Origin: the human T2T-CHM13v2.0 reference genome, Homo sapiens
DNA: 64,000 bases
Strand: one strand, 5' to 3'
NCBI RefSeq assembly: GCF_009914755.1
Contig: NC_060925.1
The notes beneath the pieces are model-generated. The model ran no database searches. It saw nothing but the letters and a program-made list of their open reading frames with translations, and had not been told where the DNA came from. Both the position numbers and the translations under genes were made by a program. Each line of letters begins with the position of its first letter. Position 1 is the first letter of the stretch. Positions 1 through 13,709 of this stretch are shown piece after piece.

Positions 1-165
1 ATTTTTTACAACACAAACCAGTGAATATTATCCAGATAAAAAAGTGTTAAGTATAAAGAATGTGTAAAAATATGAAAGTGCTTAAATAATTAAGTAGGCA
101 CAATCACACCCTTGATTACATAGTATGCTTGTTATTGGAAAAAATAGTTTTAAAACTGTCTTGAC

Positions 166-432
166 AAAAGAAAACCAAATACCACATATTCTCGCTTATA
201 AGTGGGAGTTAAATAATGAAAGCACATGGACATACAAAGAGGAACAACGCACACTAGTGCTTATTGAAGTTTGGAGGGTGGGAGGAGGGAGAGGATCAGG
301 AAAAATAATAGGTACTAGGCTGGATACGTGGGTGATGAAATAATCTGTATGACGAACCCCCATGACACAAGTTTACCTATGTAACAAACCTGCACATGTA
401 CCTCTGAACTTAAAAATGAATTTTAAAAAAAC
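166..432 (+). mobile_element. 5'-truncated L1 3' end (L1PA13-15-like)
   Basis: L1 3'UTR motifs (aaaaccaaataccac..ttctc.cttataagtgggag; gggaggagggagaggatcaggaaaaataa; acaaacctgcacatgtacc) and an A tail; TSD ctgtcttgac at 156-165 and 433-442. Confidence 0.9.
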
Positions 433-713
433 CTGTCTTGACTGTACTGGGAAGTATACAATTCTGTTTTTGACAATAACAGGTGTATATATTATTGACA
501 ACTGAGACATCTTTTATTTTAAAAGCTTTAATTTAAAATAAACAGACTTTATTTCCATATCTTTGGAAAAATGTTGCCACACTGTATTATCAAAAAATGT
601 TCACAGGCAGAAAATTAATATAAAACAGCGCAATGATAGCCTTATTTTATAGCAATCCTTTCTAATTTTAATTAAACTGTTATAAACTTCTCAAACTCTT
701 CCCTGTGTGTATG

Positions 714-740
714 CACACATACACATACACACACACACAC
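714..740. repeat. (CA)n microsatellite
   Basis: Interrupted CA run read directly. Confidence 0.85.
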
Positions 741-1943
741 TTCTTATGGACACTGTTGAAATGTCTTCTGTCTAATGAGTATTTTCATTGAGCCTATAGA
801 TAATTGGGTAATGTTTATGCATATTTGTTGTTTTGTCATTTACAGTAGAAGATGACCCATATGTTTTAGGGTTTTTAGAATTATCATCCATCCTTTAAGT
901 TCTCAGCTGTATCTTCACCCAACTAACCCCAATTATTTCCAGCTAGATTACTTTTGAAAATGTTTGCTTTGGCTCAGAACATTTAATTTATATTTTATTC
1001 AATAGATTTATATTTTAAATATACCACCAGTAAAATAATTTGGCTCTAAACAATTTTTATACCTTATATATCCCTGTATTTCACAATGCTATGAGTCCAT
1101 TAATTCACATTTTAGAAAACACTAAAAGGTATCCCTTTTTTCAGTTTATTATGCTTTCCACCATTCCTTGTTTCCATAAATTTGTTGTGGTCCCTATTAT
1201 GGTACTGCAGCATTGCATATTAACTAACTAGTGATGGCAAGAAACTCACATGCAAAAATGTATGTGCACATTGCTGGATCAAGTTTCCTATTTAATAAAA
1301 ATACAAAAAATAATATCCGGTAAGAAATGCAAGCAAAGAAGGAATACTGTGCTGCTCACCTGAGACTTCCTGAGCCCCACAAGCCACCCAGTGGGAATAC
1401 TTTCAGGGATAAATTATGAACATGGGTCTTGTCAGATACAAGAAACTTCATTTTATACCGAGAAAAATCCCTGAGGCTTACACACATATTAAGGAGAAAG
1501 TTAAACCAACAATTTGTTTTCATTTTTTTCATTAAAACAGTGCTTACAGAAATATGAATCCTGTACATATTGACCTTAAATCAGTGACAGTAAGACCATA
1601 ATATCAGCATTGAGGCAGGTGGGAGCAGAATCAGAGTGCAAGCATTCCTGAGCAGTGCCCTGCCTCCAGCAGTCCAGTGTTGCCAAAAGCATATTTCTCT
1701 ACAGGTGTGGGTTATATTGGGGTCTCAGGCAGATACATTTTTCCCTCATAGTTACTTTTTTCTTTCATTAAACACATGGGAATAACTGTATGTCTACAGG
1801 AAAAGATGTCCTCTCACTTTTAGTGAAAAAATCAAGTCTATCTAAATTTTGCATTTCCATTTTTAAAAAAGATATAATATACTGTAGGAAAATATTTGTC
1901 TGATATAAAGTAAACAAGAGCAAGTCCCATGATAAATGGAAAA

Positions 1944-2045
1944 TGTATCTAAGTCTAGTCACTAGAGAGAGACCACACAGTAATTTGAACAGGGGAAGTT
2001 TAATACAAAGAATTACTAACTGTAGCATGGGATTGCAGTAACAAC
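1944..2045 (-). mobile_element. Possible old LTR end fragment (LTR78/79-like)
   Basis: gagagaccacacagtaatttgaacaggggaagtttaatacaaagaatt resembles the reverse-complemented 3' end of these ancient LTRs; short and diverged. Confidence 0.3.
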
Positions 2046-2769
2046 AAATCACATTCAAACAGTGTGCTGGCCAAAGAAAACATATTTGTGAGCCAAATCT
2101 TGCTGATTTTGAAATCTCTGCTTGGAATACTGTTATAATATCTTAACAGAATATCTGAGCATAGTTCAGATTCTAATGCTACCCTACTAAAGCACTTACA
2201 TTTGATTTAAACAGCATTCTGAATGATGTGTGTAAGCCTCCATAACTTGGAATGTGGACTATTATATTCTATGCTTCACCATCCTTTCTTCAGCTCTTCC
2301 TTTATAAGTATCTTAACTCTGTTTTATGAGGAATGTAACTATTTCTTTATGAAGACCCTGCCAGTACTTTGTGAAGACATGGTTTGAGTTACTGAATTTA
2401 ATTAATAGCATTCTTCAGTCATAGGTTTCCTTGCAGTCCAAACATTTGAGTTGCTAACAGTAACTATATTTTTAAAAATATTAAGAGCATAATGTCAGTA
2501 ATGGTCTCTTTTGAAAATATCATTGAAATCACTTTTTGAAACATTTTTTATTATTTATTAGATGTATAGTTTTAATTATTGAAGGTCAAAATATTATTGA
2601 AAGTGTATTGCTTGTGTATAAAGCAAAAAAAATTGAGATTGTAAAAAAATGCAATTAGAAGATATAATTATTTAACATATGCATAGTAATACTATTTAGT
2701 TTGTCACACAGAAGCTGTCATGACTGATTTAGATGTCCCTCTTCAGTCCTCTCTGAGATCCCAATATAT

Positions 2770-2945
2770 TATACAATCTTAGTATTTCTTACACTACACT
2801 GTAATTTTTGGTTTATTTCTCTGTCTTCTGATCAAGATGACACACTTCTTAGGAGCAGGGAACACAAAAGGTTTGTTTTTGTTTTAAAATATCTAGCTAC
2901 TGTAGCCAAAATTACAAATCAATTGATTAATACATGCATGGTTGA
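2770..2945 (+). mobile_element. L2 3' end remnant
   Basis: tttgtttatttctctgtcttc...cttaggagcagggaac resembles the L2 3' tail. Confidence 0.45.
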
Positions 2946-4363
2946 ATTGTGAAAAAATTCCTTTCTATTTATGACTGCTCCTGTACACCCATTTATAATA
3001 ATTATATTTAACAAAGATAATTAGAAGAAATATATAAACATATTAAAATAACTTAAAAATCTTAATTTTAATGTTATTTATATTATAAGAACCCACCCAG
3101 ATTATTTGTGAAATATTTTACATGTATATATACAGATTCAATTTTTAAAGTTTTTAAAAATCAAATAATTCAACATTTCAAACAGTGTAGATGTCTTCAA
3201 AATGGCAGAAGCTTGAAATACTATTTTAAGGCACAATTTGAAATACTTTAACTTAACAGGTATTGCCATTTTGTGGGAAGGAATGCTACATAAAATAATT
3301 CCTATATTAAAATTATTAATATTGTTAATGTAATTCACTCTTGACATTGAAGTATAAATTAGTAACTCACTGTTATATTTTTAAAAGCCTTTCTGGGTCT
3401 CCCAGTTCCCATCCTACATTGGCAAACACAGAAATAACTACTATTAACATCTTAGGTACTTATTTTTATGTTTATCTTCATATTCATAAGTACACATTTC
3501 TTGATTTATAAATTTGAGTACCTATTAATTTTTCTCTAATAAAATTTGAGAACCTGTCTCTTATTCCCTGTTCCCTAATACAGCAAGGTAAAACTATATA
3601 CTAAATAAAATTAGATTATTGTGAAGTTATCTTCAAAGGCTGCGTGTCAGTATTTTATCTGAGCTCCATTTTATTCTGTAGTTTCTAACCCATGGTTTTA
3701 AAACCTACAATTTTGAGAGTTATTACAACTTCAGGTGATTCCTGGGATTTGTGTATGGCTCAAATAGTTCTATCAATGTGCTATTAGAAGTGCTTTTCAC
3801 CTTTTCTTCTTCTTTTTATTTTTTTTTTTCCTCAACCATTCAGCTGCTGATTGTTAAATTGTATTTTGGTTATTTTTCTTAATTGTTGGTAACTTCAGTA
3901 TGCCACAGCAACAGAAATTCCATTTGTTCTGCTTAGACCATTACAGCTGATTATAGAATGCCTTCAGTTGAAATCCACATCAGCCGAAGAAATGTATCTT
4001 ATGGCCCTAAGAATTCTGCATCCTCTTTCATACATGATAAAAGGAATAAAAATTGAGAAGAATTAAAAACCTTTGTTATGGTTTCTAAAAAATAAATGTG
4101 AGTAATATTATAATTCAATTATAAACAAGGCAAATACGCAAATACGTATAAAAGATGACACCATTGATTATCCTATTAACTATGTAATTATAAAGGACTG
4201 TCAAGTTTTTCTAACAATAACTGAAACTCAGCTCTAAATTTAGTAAAGGTTATTTAAAAAGAGAACTTTAGAAATTGTTTTAAAAAAACTCATCCAGAAA
4301 ATAATTATAATAATTTAGGCTTATACTATATTTCAAATAACATCCTGGAATGTATTTTAGTAT

Positions 4364-4720
4364 TGCTATGGACTGAATTGTGTTTCCCCAAAATTCATAT
4401 GTTGAAGTCCCAACCCCAATACAATGGTATTTAGCCCTGGGAAGGTAATTAGATTTAGATGAGGTTATTCTGCCTGCATGACGGGATTAATGCCTTTATA
4501 AGAAGAGACGCTAGGGAGTTGCTCTCTCTCTCTCTCTCTCTCTTTCTCTGCTATCGAAGCAAACACACAGAAAAGCAGCCATCTGTAAGCCAGGAAGACA
4601 ACCCTTGGCTGATCTTGAGTATAGAATTTCCAGTATCATAATTGTGAGAAATAAATTCCTGTTGTTTACGCCACCATGACAATGGCTATTTTGCTATGGC
4701 AGCCTGAGCTGAATTATACA
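4364..4720 (+). mobile_element. MaLR solo LTR, MLT1A-like
   Basis: Starts tgctatggactgaattgtg..ccccaaaattcatatgttgaag; internal (CT)n; gagaaataaattcctgttgttt; ends gcagcctgagctga..ataca. Confidence 0.88.
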
Positions 4721-5281
4721 AGCTTATGTGGCATACATGTATAACATATATCTATTTATATTATGTTTAATAATTTTTGTTGTTAACATTTGCTTACCCT
4801 ATATTCTTTTTTAAAATTTTCCATTAATGCTTAACATTTTATTTTAGTAAAAATACAAAGATTATGTTCCATCATTAATCATTCTGATATCGTCTAAGTG
4901 TCTACACCTTATTTATTAAAATTAGATCTTGATGATCTTTTCAAGAAATAATTTACTGTACAATGTGTAAACAGTTTGTAACATTCTACAATACTTATTT
5001 CTCTACCAAAAATATGCCCAGTGTACTGATGTTATATACAAATTAATACAAATATCCAAATTTTTAAAAAATTTAAGCCATATAATAAATATAATAGCAA
5101 GTGCATTGGATAGCCTAGTGAAAAAACTGGAGAAGGAAAGGAGTTCCAAAAGTGAAACTCATAATTCATATTAATAAGAAAATTTGAGATATTTGTTTTA
5201 TTAGTTTTAGAAAAACTGACAAAACAATAACATGCAACTGCCTTATTCTATGAGTTTATAGGATAATTTGATATAACTTAG

Positions 5282-5587
<306 letters not shown>

Positions 5588-6217
5588 AGTTGTACACATT
5601 TCTTATTCCTAATAAGTGATTTCTTTCATAAGAAAATTCCCATCTAGTATTCTAGATCTTATCATTCTAAAACCTTGATTTAGGGTTCATTAATATTCAT
5701 TCAATATAGGTTAACTTTGTAAATTTTGCCACCACTAACGTAAACAGTAGTTCATGTTTATATAAAATTAGCTGAACATAACCCTCACTAGTAAAATTTA
5801 AAGGAAGTTCTCTAAGCCCTTCTAAATTATTAACTCACCTTTGGAAAAAATTATGAATGTCATTAGTTAAAGGACATTCTATTTGGCATGGGCATTACAT
5901 TTGATATACCCATTTTATTTTCGCTGGATTGTCATGCAAGGCTGCTGCCAAACTGCTTACATAAATCCATAGATAAGTTGTTTTCTAGTAATTCCCAAAG
6001 TTACTAATGGTGTGTCAATTCTAGGGATAGGACAGTAAGTGTCAGGGTTGGTTGCAACATATAATTATGTATTATTCATCCAGAAGCTAATTGTGCCATC
6101 CAGTTGGAAAATAAGAACACTGAGAATCCCCAGAGCCTATAGAGACTAATAATCCTTGTTTTTACAGCAGTTCAATCTAATTTCTAATGTCACCTAACAA
6201 TTCTGGCTAGGTTTTCA

Positions 6218-6320
6218 ATATGGCAATTTTTTCTTACATTTGCTTCTAAACTCCATGACAGATAAATCAGTTTTATCTGTCATGGAGTTTAGAAGCAAAT
6301 GTAAGAAAAAATTGCCATAT
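6218..6320. repeat. Perfect inverted repeat: 49-bp arms, 5-nt spacer
   Basis: 6218-6266 is the exact reverse complement of 6272-6320; spacer tcagt. Confidence 0.97.
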
Positions 6321-6886
6321 CGATACCTGGTTTTCCTTTGAGTATGTCTTCAGTGATCTAGATATGGACAAATTGCTCCTCTTTACTGACATTCTAAGAC
6401 TTGGTAGTTCAGCGGAGCAATAGTCAAGCAAAGTTAGAAAGGTTCATATTGCATGCTAGCAGGGTGAATATTCACTAGACAGAAGAGCAATCTGTGGATT
6501 TAGTAAGGAGGATCATTCTCTGTGAATAGTAATGTCTAGATCTGAGACAACATTTTATATAGTCAGCAGATTCTTTGGAAAAATTGAAGTGTTTTATTTT
6601 AAAATCTGAATCGAGATTCATATATAGATTCATATAAAGAAAAACATATATACATCTTTTTACAACCATAATCTTAGTATTTTCCCCAAATTAGGAATGT
6701 GTGCAGTACCCTTCTGCCACATTTTTTAAAAAAAAATTTCCCATCTGTTCATCCTCGAAAACTCAAATATCTCAGCCATACCTAACATACCACAGGCTCA
6801 CATTTCGTGATTGCAGGTGAAATACTTCCTATGGTGATATCAACACTTTTCTCCTGCCCAGTGCCAATTCTTATTCTCACCACATT

Positions 6887-7010
6887 TCAAGAAATACTGT
6901 GCTCCTCCCTTTAATCAGTTTGAAATTCCTAAGGTGGAACCAACTGGTAGGAAATTTAAGACCAGTGGAAATGTATGTCTATATTTGGACAGTATCAAGA
7001 AATACTGTGC
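6887..7010. repeat. Perfect 16-bp direct repeat enclosing 92 bp of unassigned sequence
   Basis: tcaagaaatactgtgc at 6887-6902 and 6995-7010. Confidence 0.9.
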
Positions 7011-9478
7011 CATGTTGTGTCAATATTTTTTCTAGCACTTCATTCTAAATCGTAATAGCTATCTATAAAATATTTGATGAGTTTAAAAATATATAAAAAT
7101 AAAAGCTTTATCTTGAAAATTTTGTAATTATATATGCAAACAGAATATATAGATTGAATGTTCATCAGAAAAGTTATTTTAAGGACTATTTCCTAGGCCT
7201 CTAGGAATATATCAGTTTCTTCCTCTACATATTTAGCCACTCTTATTTGTTGCAGATAGTATGACTATTGCATTTATCTTTAGAAATATCCATCATTAGA
7301 TGGCATGCTACATATGATTGTAGATTTTTATCAGAAAATATGTGTAATTATCTTAGAAATAATGGTTATAGTAGTTAAACATTTATTTTTTTAATTGTTA
7401 ACTTTATTCAGACTTACTCAGGGACTGAAACTGAGCTCTACCAATGTAAACACCAAAAAGTGTGGAACAGGGGGAATGCAGGAATCTAAAATAGGGAGAA
7501 GGGAAATATAGGTGTTAGAGACAAAAGAGACAGGCATGTTTGGATACTTATTCAAAGGGGTCTCAGGCTTGTTCTAAATGTGATCTCAATGAAAAAGAAA
7601 AATTTTTCTGCTTCTTTTGAGCACCAAATCTATGATTAAGAATTTGCTCCTTTGGATTCTAGCCTAAACCTGTAATATTTTTCAGCTGTTTGAGGGCACA
7701 ACTGGAACAGGGGTTAAAACACAAAGTTAAAAATACCATCCGATTTTGGTGTTCTGAATTCTAAATTTACTAATGCCTCCCTAGACTGTAGCTAGGTTGA
7801 TCATAGTTGACGTTCCATCAAAATATATATGGTGCATTTCATATTTGCTCTTTCACATATATAAATATATCATAGTTTCTGGGAATTGCATTAAATGTAT
7901 GTAAAGATATCTACAGTGTTCCTTATGTTCTGGGAGATTTATGAAACTACATGAAATATAATTTAAATGTTTATTTTTATATGTACTTTTACTGTATTTG
8001 ATTGTATGTTTAGTCTTTATTACATAATTAATAAACAATATAGATCAAAATTGGTATAATTGCTCTCTGAAACATGTTTCCATTTTCATAAGAGACTATA
8101 CATTTTTAGGGACATCATTCATATCTAGAACTCTCTCATTTTCCAAAGAGAATTGCCATGAAATTCTCCTTTAATGATTGTTTATTTCTTCTCTACAAAA
8201 CACCATGACAACATTTTCATTTCTATGTTTATTCAAAATTATGATGATTAAATGATCCTGAATATAGTAGAATATAGTGAAAATCAATAGGGTGAAATTC
8301 TTCATAATCATCAGGAAATGAGCAAAACATGTGATAACCACATAATCATCAAAAATGGATCAAAATATATTATCAAAAATCAAAATAGAAAATAATATAT
8401 AATCTCATGATACACAATTTCCTTGTTATTTTTAAGCTCATGCATAAGTGTAAATGATTGTTCTTTGCTTGTTTTGTTTTTATTTCAGTGCACTTATATG
8501 ATACTCATATAATTAAAATTATAGAAATAGATCTGTAAATGTAGATTAATATAAGTAATCACTTTTTAGTGAGTTTTTGCACACACAATTTTTCCAATTA
8601 CAGTTGTCGCAATTCCGATTTTTATATGCTCATTCTAAATTGTTACTCTGGCAATTGGTTCCTAAATATGTTAAATTAGAAGCATTATTTTCTGCCAAAT
8701 TCTATCAGTTATTATTCTTCAGTCTTTAAGATATTGTAAGATATTAAGACGACTGGCCTTTCTAGCTCAGTAGCTCAAATAAAAGGGAAGAGTGCTTTTT
8801 TTTTTTTTCAAGTTGAAAGCATTTGAGAGTGGGAATAATTCCAACAAATGCAGCTGAAGTGCTTATCCAGTTGTCAGTTTGATTCTATATCATTTTGTTT
8901 GTTTTTTATAACTATGTTTATAGATTGTTAGCATTTGAAAGCACTCTACTTGCTAGGAATTTGATAAGTGATTAAAAATTTGGCAAATGTTTTCTCCAAG
9001 AGCTTCTAAATAGATTCTATAAACAAAGCCAAACAAAGTGAGGTGCAGTGTGAATGATGATTTACCCTAATCGTTTCACACTATTTAATGAGTACAGTAA
9101 GAGATATGTTTAGGATATTTTTTCCTTTCCATGAGGCATTGGGAAATATATGAGTATATAGCTGTCTTTCCACAAGAGGGCTTCATCTTTCAAATCAGCA
9201 TTATCATACTTACTTGGAACTATGCCCAGAAAAGTCTATTGCTTGTTAGTTTATTGAATCAAGAAGAGTTTCTACTGGAATATTTGATAACTCTTCTGGA
9301 GAAGAATTTGTGGAAACATAGATTTGTGTATATGTGTATATTTGGGGAAAATATAGGCCTACATGTTCAAATATTATTTACATACATATGTTTGAATTAT
9401 TGACACATATATGATTATAATTTTATAATCCTATTATTCTACAAGAGATTCTTTTTCTGAAGAAAATTTTTAGACAAC

Positions 9479-10069
9479 TGTACTAGTTAGGGTTCTCAAG
9501 AGAAACAAAGCCAACAGGATCTATATATCTTATAAATTTCATTCCCTCCCTCTGTGTGTATGTATTTGTTTATGTACATATATGTGTATATATGTGTATA
9601 GATACACAAGCACATATGTGTATGTATGTCTATTTATCTACAAAGATTCATTATAATGAATTTGCTAATGCATTTATAGAGACTGAGAAGTACAATAATC
9701 TGTTGTCTGTGGGCTGAAGACTCAGGAAAGCTGATGGTGCAGTTCCAGTCTGAGTATAAAGTCCTAATTACTATGAGTGCTGATGGTGGTGTAAGTCCCA
9801 ATCCAAGGGTGGAAGAAGACCAATGACTAAGCTCAAACAGGCAGAGACAACACATTATACCTCTTTTGCCTTTTTGATCTATTCAGATTAGATGATTTCC
9901 ACCCACATTGAGAACGACAATCTACTATACTCCTATACTCGGTCCACTGATTCAAATGCTAATCTTATCAGAAACACCCTCACAGACACACCCAGAAATC
10001 ATGTTTGATCAAATATGTAAACATCCTGTTCTTAAACCAATCTGGATGACACAAAATTTAATCATCACA
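9479..10069 (-). mobile_element. ERVL solo LTR, MLT2D-like
   Basis: tgtactagttagggttctc..gagaaaca; cagaaacaccctcacagacacacccagaaa; ends aaaatttaatcatcaca, the reverse complement of the MLT2 start. Confidence 0.85.
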
Positions 10070-10813
10070 GAAGTTCATTTTCAGTTTTTATATACCAGAA
10101 TTTTTAAGGTAAATTGTTGACTCTAAGATGTTTCTCTCCATATCACTCAACAATCATTTTTTATTTTACATTATATTCACTAGTATATTATTTTTTAAAA
10201 TTATCCATATCACTTGCTAGTCAGTTATGCATTATTAACTTGATGGTTATATAATTATCATTAAAACAGTATGTTCCAAGCCTTTTCTAAAAAAAATTCT
10301 TTATCTCATATACTCCATGATTACGTTAGATGTTTATTATAACAGGGATAAGTACTATGTGTTAAAACTAGGATTCAAATTCTTGTTTTGTGGGCCAATT
10401 TATTTAAAATTATTTACAGAAAGAAGCAAGCATTTGAATAATGTTTGTGCAGGAAAATAAGAAAAATGATTTAGATTTTTGCCCAGTTTACAGGGTTAAT
10501 AGAGAATCAGAAACAAATTGAACATACATGTTGATGTTATAAATTGCATTAATATAATTTAACACCACTTGTACACCATGTATACAGGTTTGGAAAAATA
10601 TTAAAAATTTTAATAAGTGCTTTTCATAAGATAAATATGGCTACAATTTTATTTTAGTAACATCTATCTATATATTTCATAGAAGTTGTCTATAAAATGT
10701 TATAATTTGGCCTTGTATATGGATTTTCCAAAGCTACTATACAATGAGATTGAAAGAAAATTTAATTTTTATAAGAAGTGTTATTAAGTTTTTGAAATAG
10801 AAGAATATGTAAT

Positions 10814-11359
10814 ATTGATGGTTAATATTGAATGTCAACTTGATTGGATCAAAGAATGGAAAGTATTGTTCCTGGGCATGTTTGTAAGGGTGTTGTTAAG
10901 GAGATTAACATTTGAGTCAGTGGACTGGGAGAGACAGACCCATTCTCAGTCAGGGTGGGCACCATCTAATCAGCTGCCAGGGTGGCTAGAATAAAGCAGA
11001 CAGGAGAAGATGGAAGAGAAGACTTGCTGGGTCTTCCAGCCTTCATCTTTCCCCGATGCTGGATGCTTCCTGCCCTCAAACATCAGACTCCTAGTTCTTC
11101 AGTTTTTGGATTTTTGAAATTTACGCCAGTGGTTTACCAGGATCTCTTGGGCCTTGGCCACAGACAGAAGGCTGCACTGTAGGCTTCTCTACTTTTGAGG
11201 TTTGAATCACCACTGGCTTCCTTGCTCCTCAACTTGCAGATGGCCTATGGAGGGACTTTACCTTGTGATCGTTTGAGTCAATTCTCCTTAATAAACTCTC
11301 TTTCATATTACACATATATCCTATTAGTTCTGTCCCTTTAGAGAACCCTAACTAATACA
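10814..11359 (+). mobile_element. HERV-L solo LTR, MLT2A2-like
   Basis: gatggttaatattgaatgtcaacttgattgg; gagattaacatttgagtcagtggactgggaga; aataaa; ends gagaaccctaactaataca; about 545 bp. Confidence 0.9.
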
Positions 11360-11569
11360 GTAACACTTGTAATGATACATGAAACTATGTTTTTATTTGT
11401 GAACAACCAAGCTAGGAATCCTAATTTACAAACTGTAGCTTGATTCTTGAGATGCCATATCATTTTGAAGCCACAGTGATGACTCTTTGTGTTATAGATA
11501 GCATTAATTCACTGATTTCTTTGCCATCACATTTACAATCTTCTACTCCAGTCAAACAGGCACATGGCA

Positions 11570-11770
11570 GTCAGACTAATCAAGTCATCATATCAGTCTT
11601 CTCTTCTTTACCTGCTAACTTTTTCTTGTCATGCTCAGAATAAAATCCAAACACCTTATGTGATCCATGGAACTCTGCACGATCTAGCCTCTGCCTGTCA
11701 TGTTCATTTCTTTCTCTGCCAATTTCTTTCTTGTTAACTCTGGTCCAACCATGGCTACTTTTGTCCAAGA
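11570..11770 (+). mobile_element. L2 fragment
   Basis: ctcagaataaaatccaaac.cctta and pyrimidine-rich L2-like context. Confidence 0.5.
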
Positions 11771-11775
11771 AAGCA

Positions 11776-12055
11776 TATTGACCACTTGAAGTGAAATATG
11801 CCTAATCAAGATTAAGATGGAAGTGTAAATGCACAATTTCAAAGCCTTTATACAAAAAAAAGTAAAATAGCGCAGTAATAATTTTTGTATTGAGTGCATG
11901 TTAAAATGGTAATATTTCATGTTAAACAAAAATATATAATTCAGATTAATTTTACCTGTTTTAAAACATGTATCTTTAAAGTGGCTACTAAAACATATAC
12001 AATTACATATGTGATTCATATATGTGGCTTATATTATGTGTCTCTTCTAGAGTGT
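11776..12055 (-). mobile_element. MER33 (hAT-Charlie non-autonomous DNA transposon)
   Basis: attga.cacttgaa..; taataatttttgtattg..tgcatgtt; attaattttacctgttt; gtggctactaaaa..aattacatatgtg match reverse MER33. Confidence 0.75.
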
Positions 12056-12872
12056 TATAGTAGAGGATTGAAAAGTAATTGCCAAATTAATTAACAAGCT
12101 ATATTTTCCAAGCAAATTGTGAAGAAAAAAAGGCTTTGGTTGTTTTCAATTGGGAAAAAACTTACCAAATGTTATTAGGAAATACTCTTTTCCATGTTCA
12201 TAACTCTTTGCTGTGTTACTTCTCCATTTTAGGATGTCTACTTTTAACTGTTTTATGTGAAGTGAAATTTCGACACTAGAGAATGGTACACACTACTAAT
12301 TTCAGCTCTGGGAAAGAATAAAGACATAAGATAAATGCTCATTGTAGAGAAATAAAGTGCTCATTGCATGGAATATATCTATAAGGAGCCAGTTTAAGCA
12401 AACTGGGGGAAATATCAAAGAAAAAAATACACTAGGAAAGTCTTTGCCTCATTTATGTATGAGATTTTTTTAAAATTATACTCAGACATTGCCAGATTTA
12501 ATTTCTGTGCCACAAAGTCTCTCTGTAATCTAGATTAGGATTTAGGACAAATTGACAAAAATATTGAGAGAACATACAATACCTGTTCTCGATGAGTAGA
12601 GAGGCTTTGCTAGAGAACAGATATGATATGTTTTTGTTTCACAACATTGCCAATATCAAAATGTTATTTCCATTGCAAATATACATCAGATTTCACAGCC
12701 AATATTATTTTCAATGTAGTGTCAGACTATAATTTGTGTATGTCTTTTTCTGAGATACAAAAACCTCTGTCAATCTGTACCTTATAGATTTAAGGAACAC
12801 GTGATGTTTATTGAATACCTCATCTTGAAAAAATTCCTTTGAAAAGTCTATCAATTGCTTATTTTAAAGTTG

Positions 12873-13110
12873 TTTTTATTTATTCATTTTTATAAGTTTG
12901 TATTGATAATAAATGTACATATTTTGGGGGTACATGTGATTAGGTGACACATTCTTATAATATGTAAAGATGGAATCAGAGTTATTGGGATATCCATCAA
13001 CTTCAATATTTACCTTTTCTTAAAGCTAGGAAAACTTAAATTCTCTTCTAACTATTTTGAAATGTACAATAGATTAATGTTAACTCTAGTCCCCCTACTG
13101 ATCTATCTAA
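12873..13110 (-). mobile_element. L1MA-type 3' end
   Basis: tgtacatattttgggggtacatgtgat; tgggatatccatca; ctattttgaaatgtacaat; T-rich left end. Confidence 0.8.
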
Positions 13111-13709
13111 TCATTTTTTAATGACAACTTTTAAGGCAGAAGTATTCAACGTAACTTTGTTTACTTTCCTTGGTTCTATACTGAATATTTAGTATATACT
13201 GAATGAATATTTTAAGTTCCATTAAGAATTTATGTAGTGTTCACTTAAGAATTTACTTAGTGTAGGCTTATGCATACTTTTATTGTTTTTAATCCAAATG
13301 TAAAAGCTATGAATTTAGGACCAGTACAAAAAAATTATATTTTATATTATAGTTTTAGTGACAGTATTTAAGGCACAATTATTAACAGTGTAAATTCATA
13401 ATTTCCCAATAATTTATGGGCAATTTATACCAATAGTCATAATTTTCATGAGACATTTTTGAATTTTTAAAATGGAAAATTGATTGATTGATAAATAATA
13501 ATTTAAGTATTCTATTACCTTTTATACCAATTAAACATTTATTTCATTTCAAAAATATTTTAACTTGTTAATGTTAAGTGATATTTATTGAGAATATAGT
13601 GCTTGTTCCACTTTGAAATTATTAATACTATTATTATTATTATTATTATTTTATGTTTTGCAAACTTATCAGGACTTATAGTCCTGGGGAGGGAAGTATA
13701 AGATTCATT

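Noticed and set aside
9479-11359. Two MLT2 LTRs as the ends of one provirus
   Set aside because: Opposite orientation, different subfamilies and no internal ERVL sequence between them
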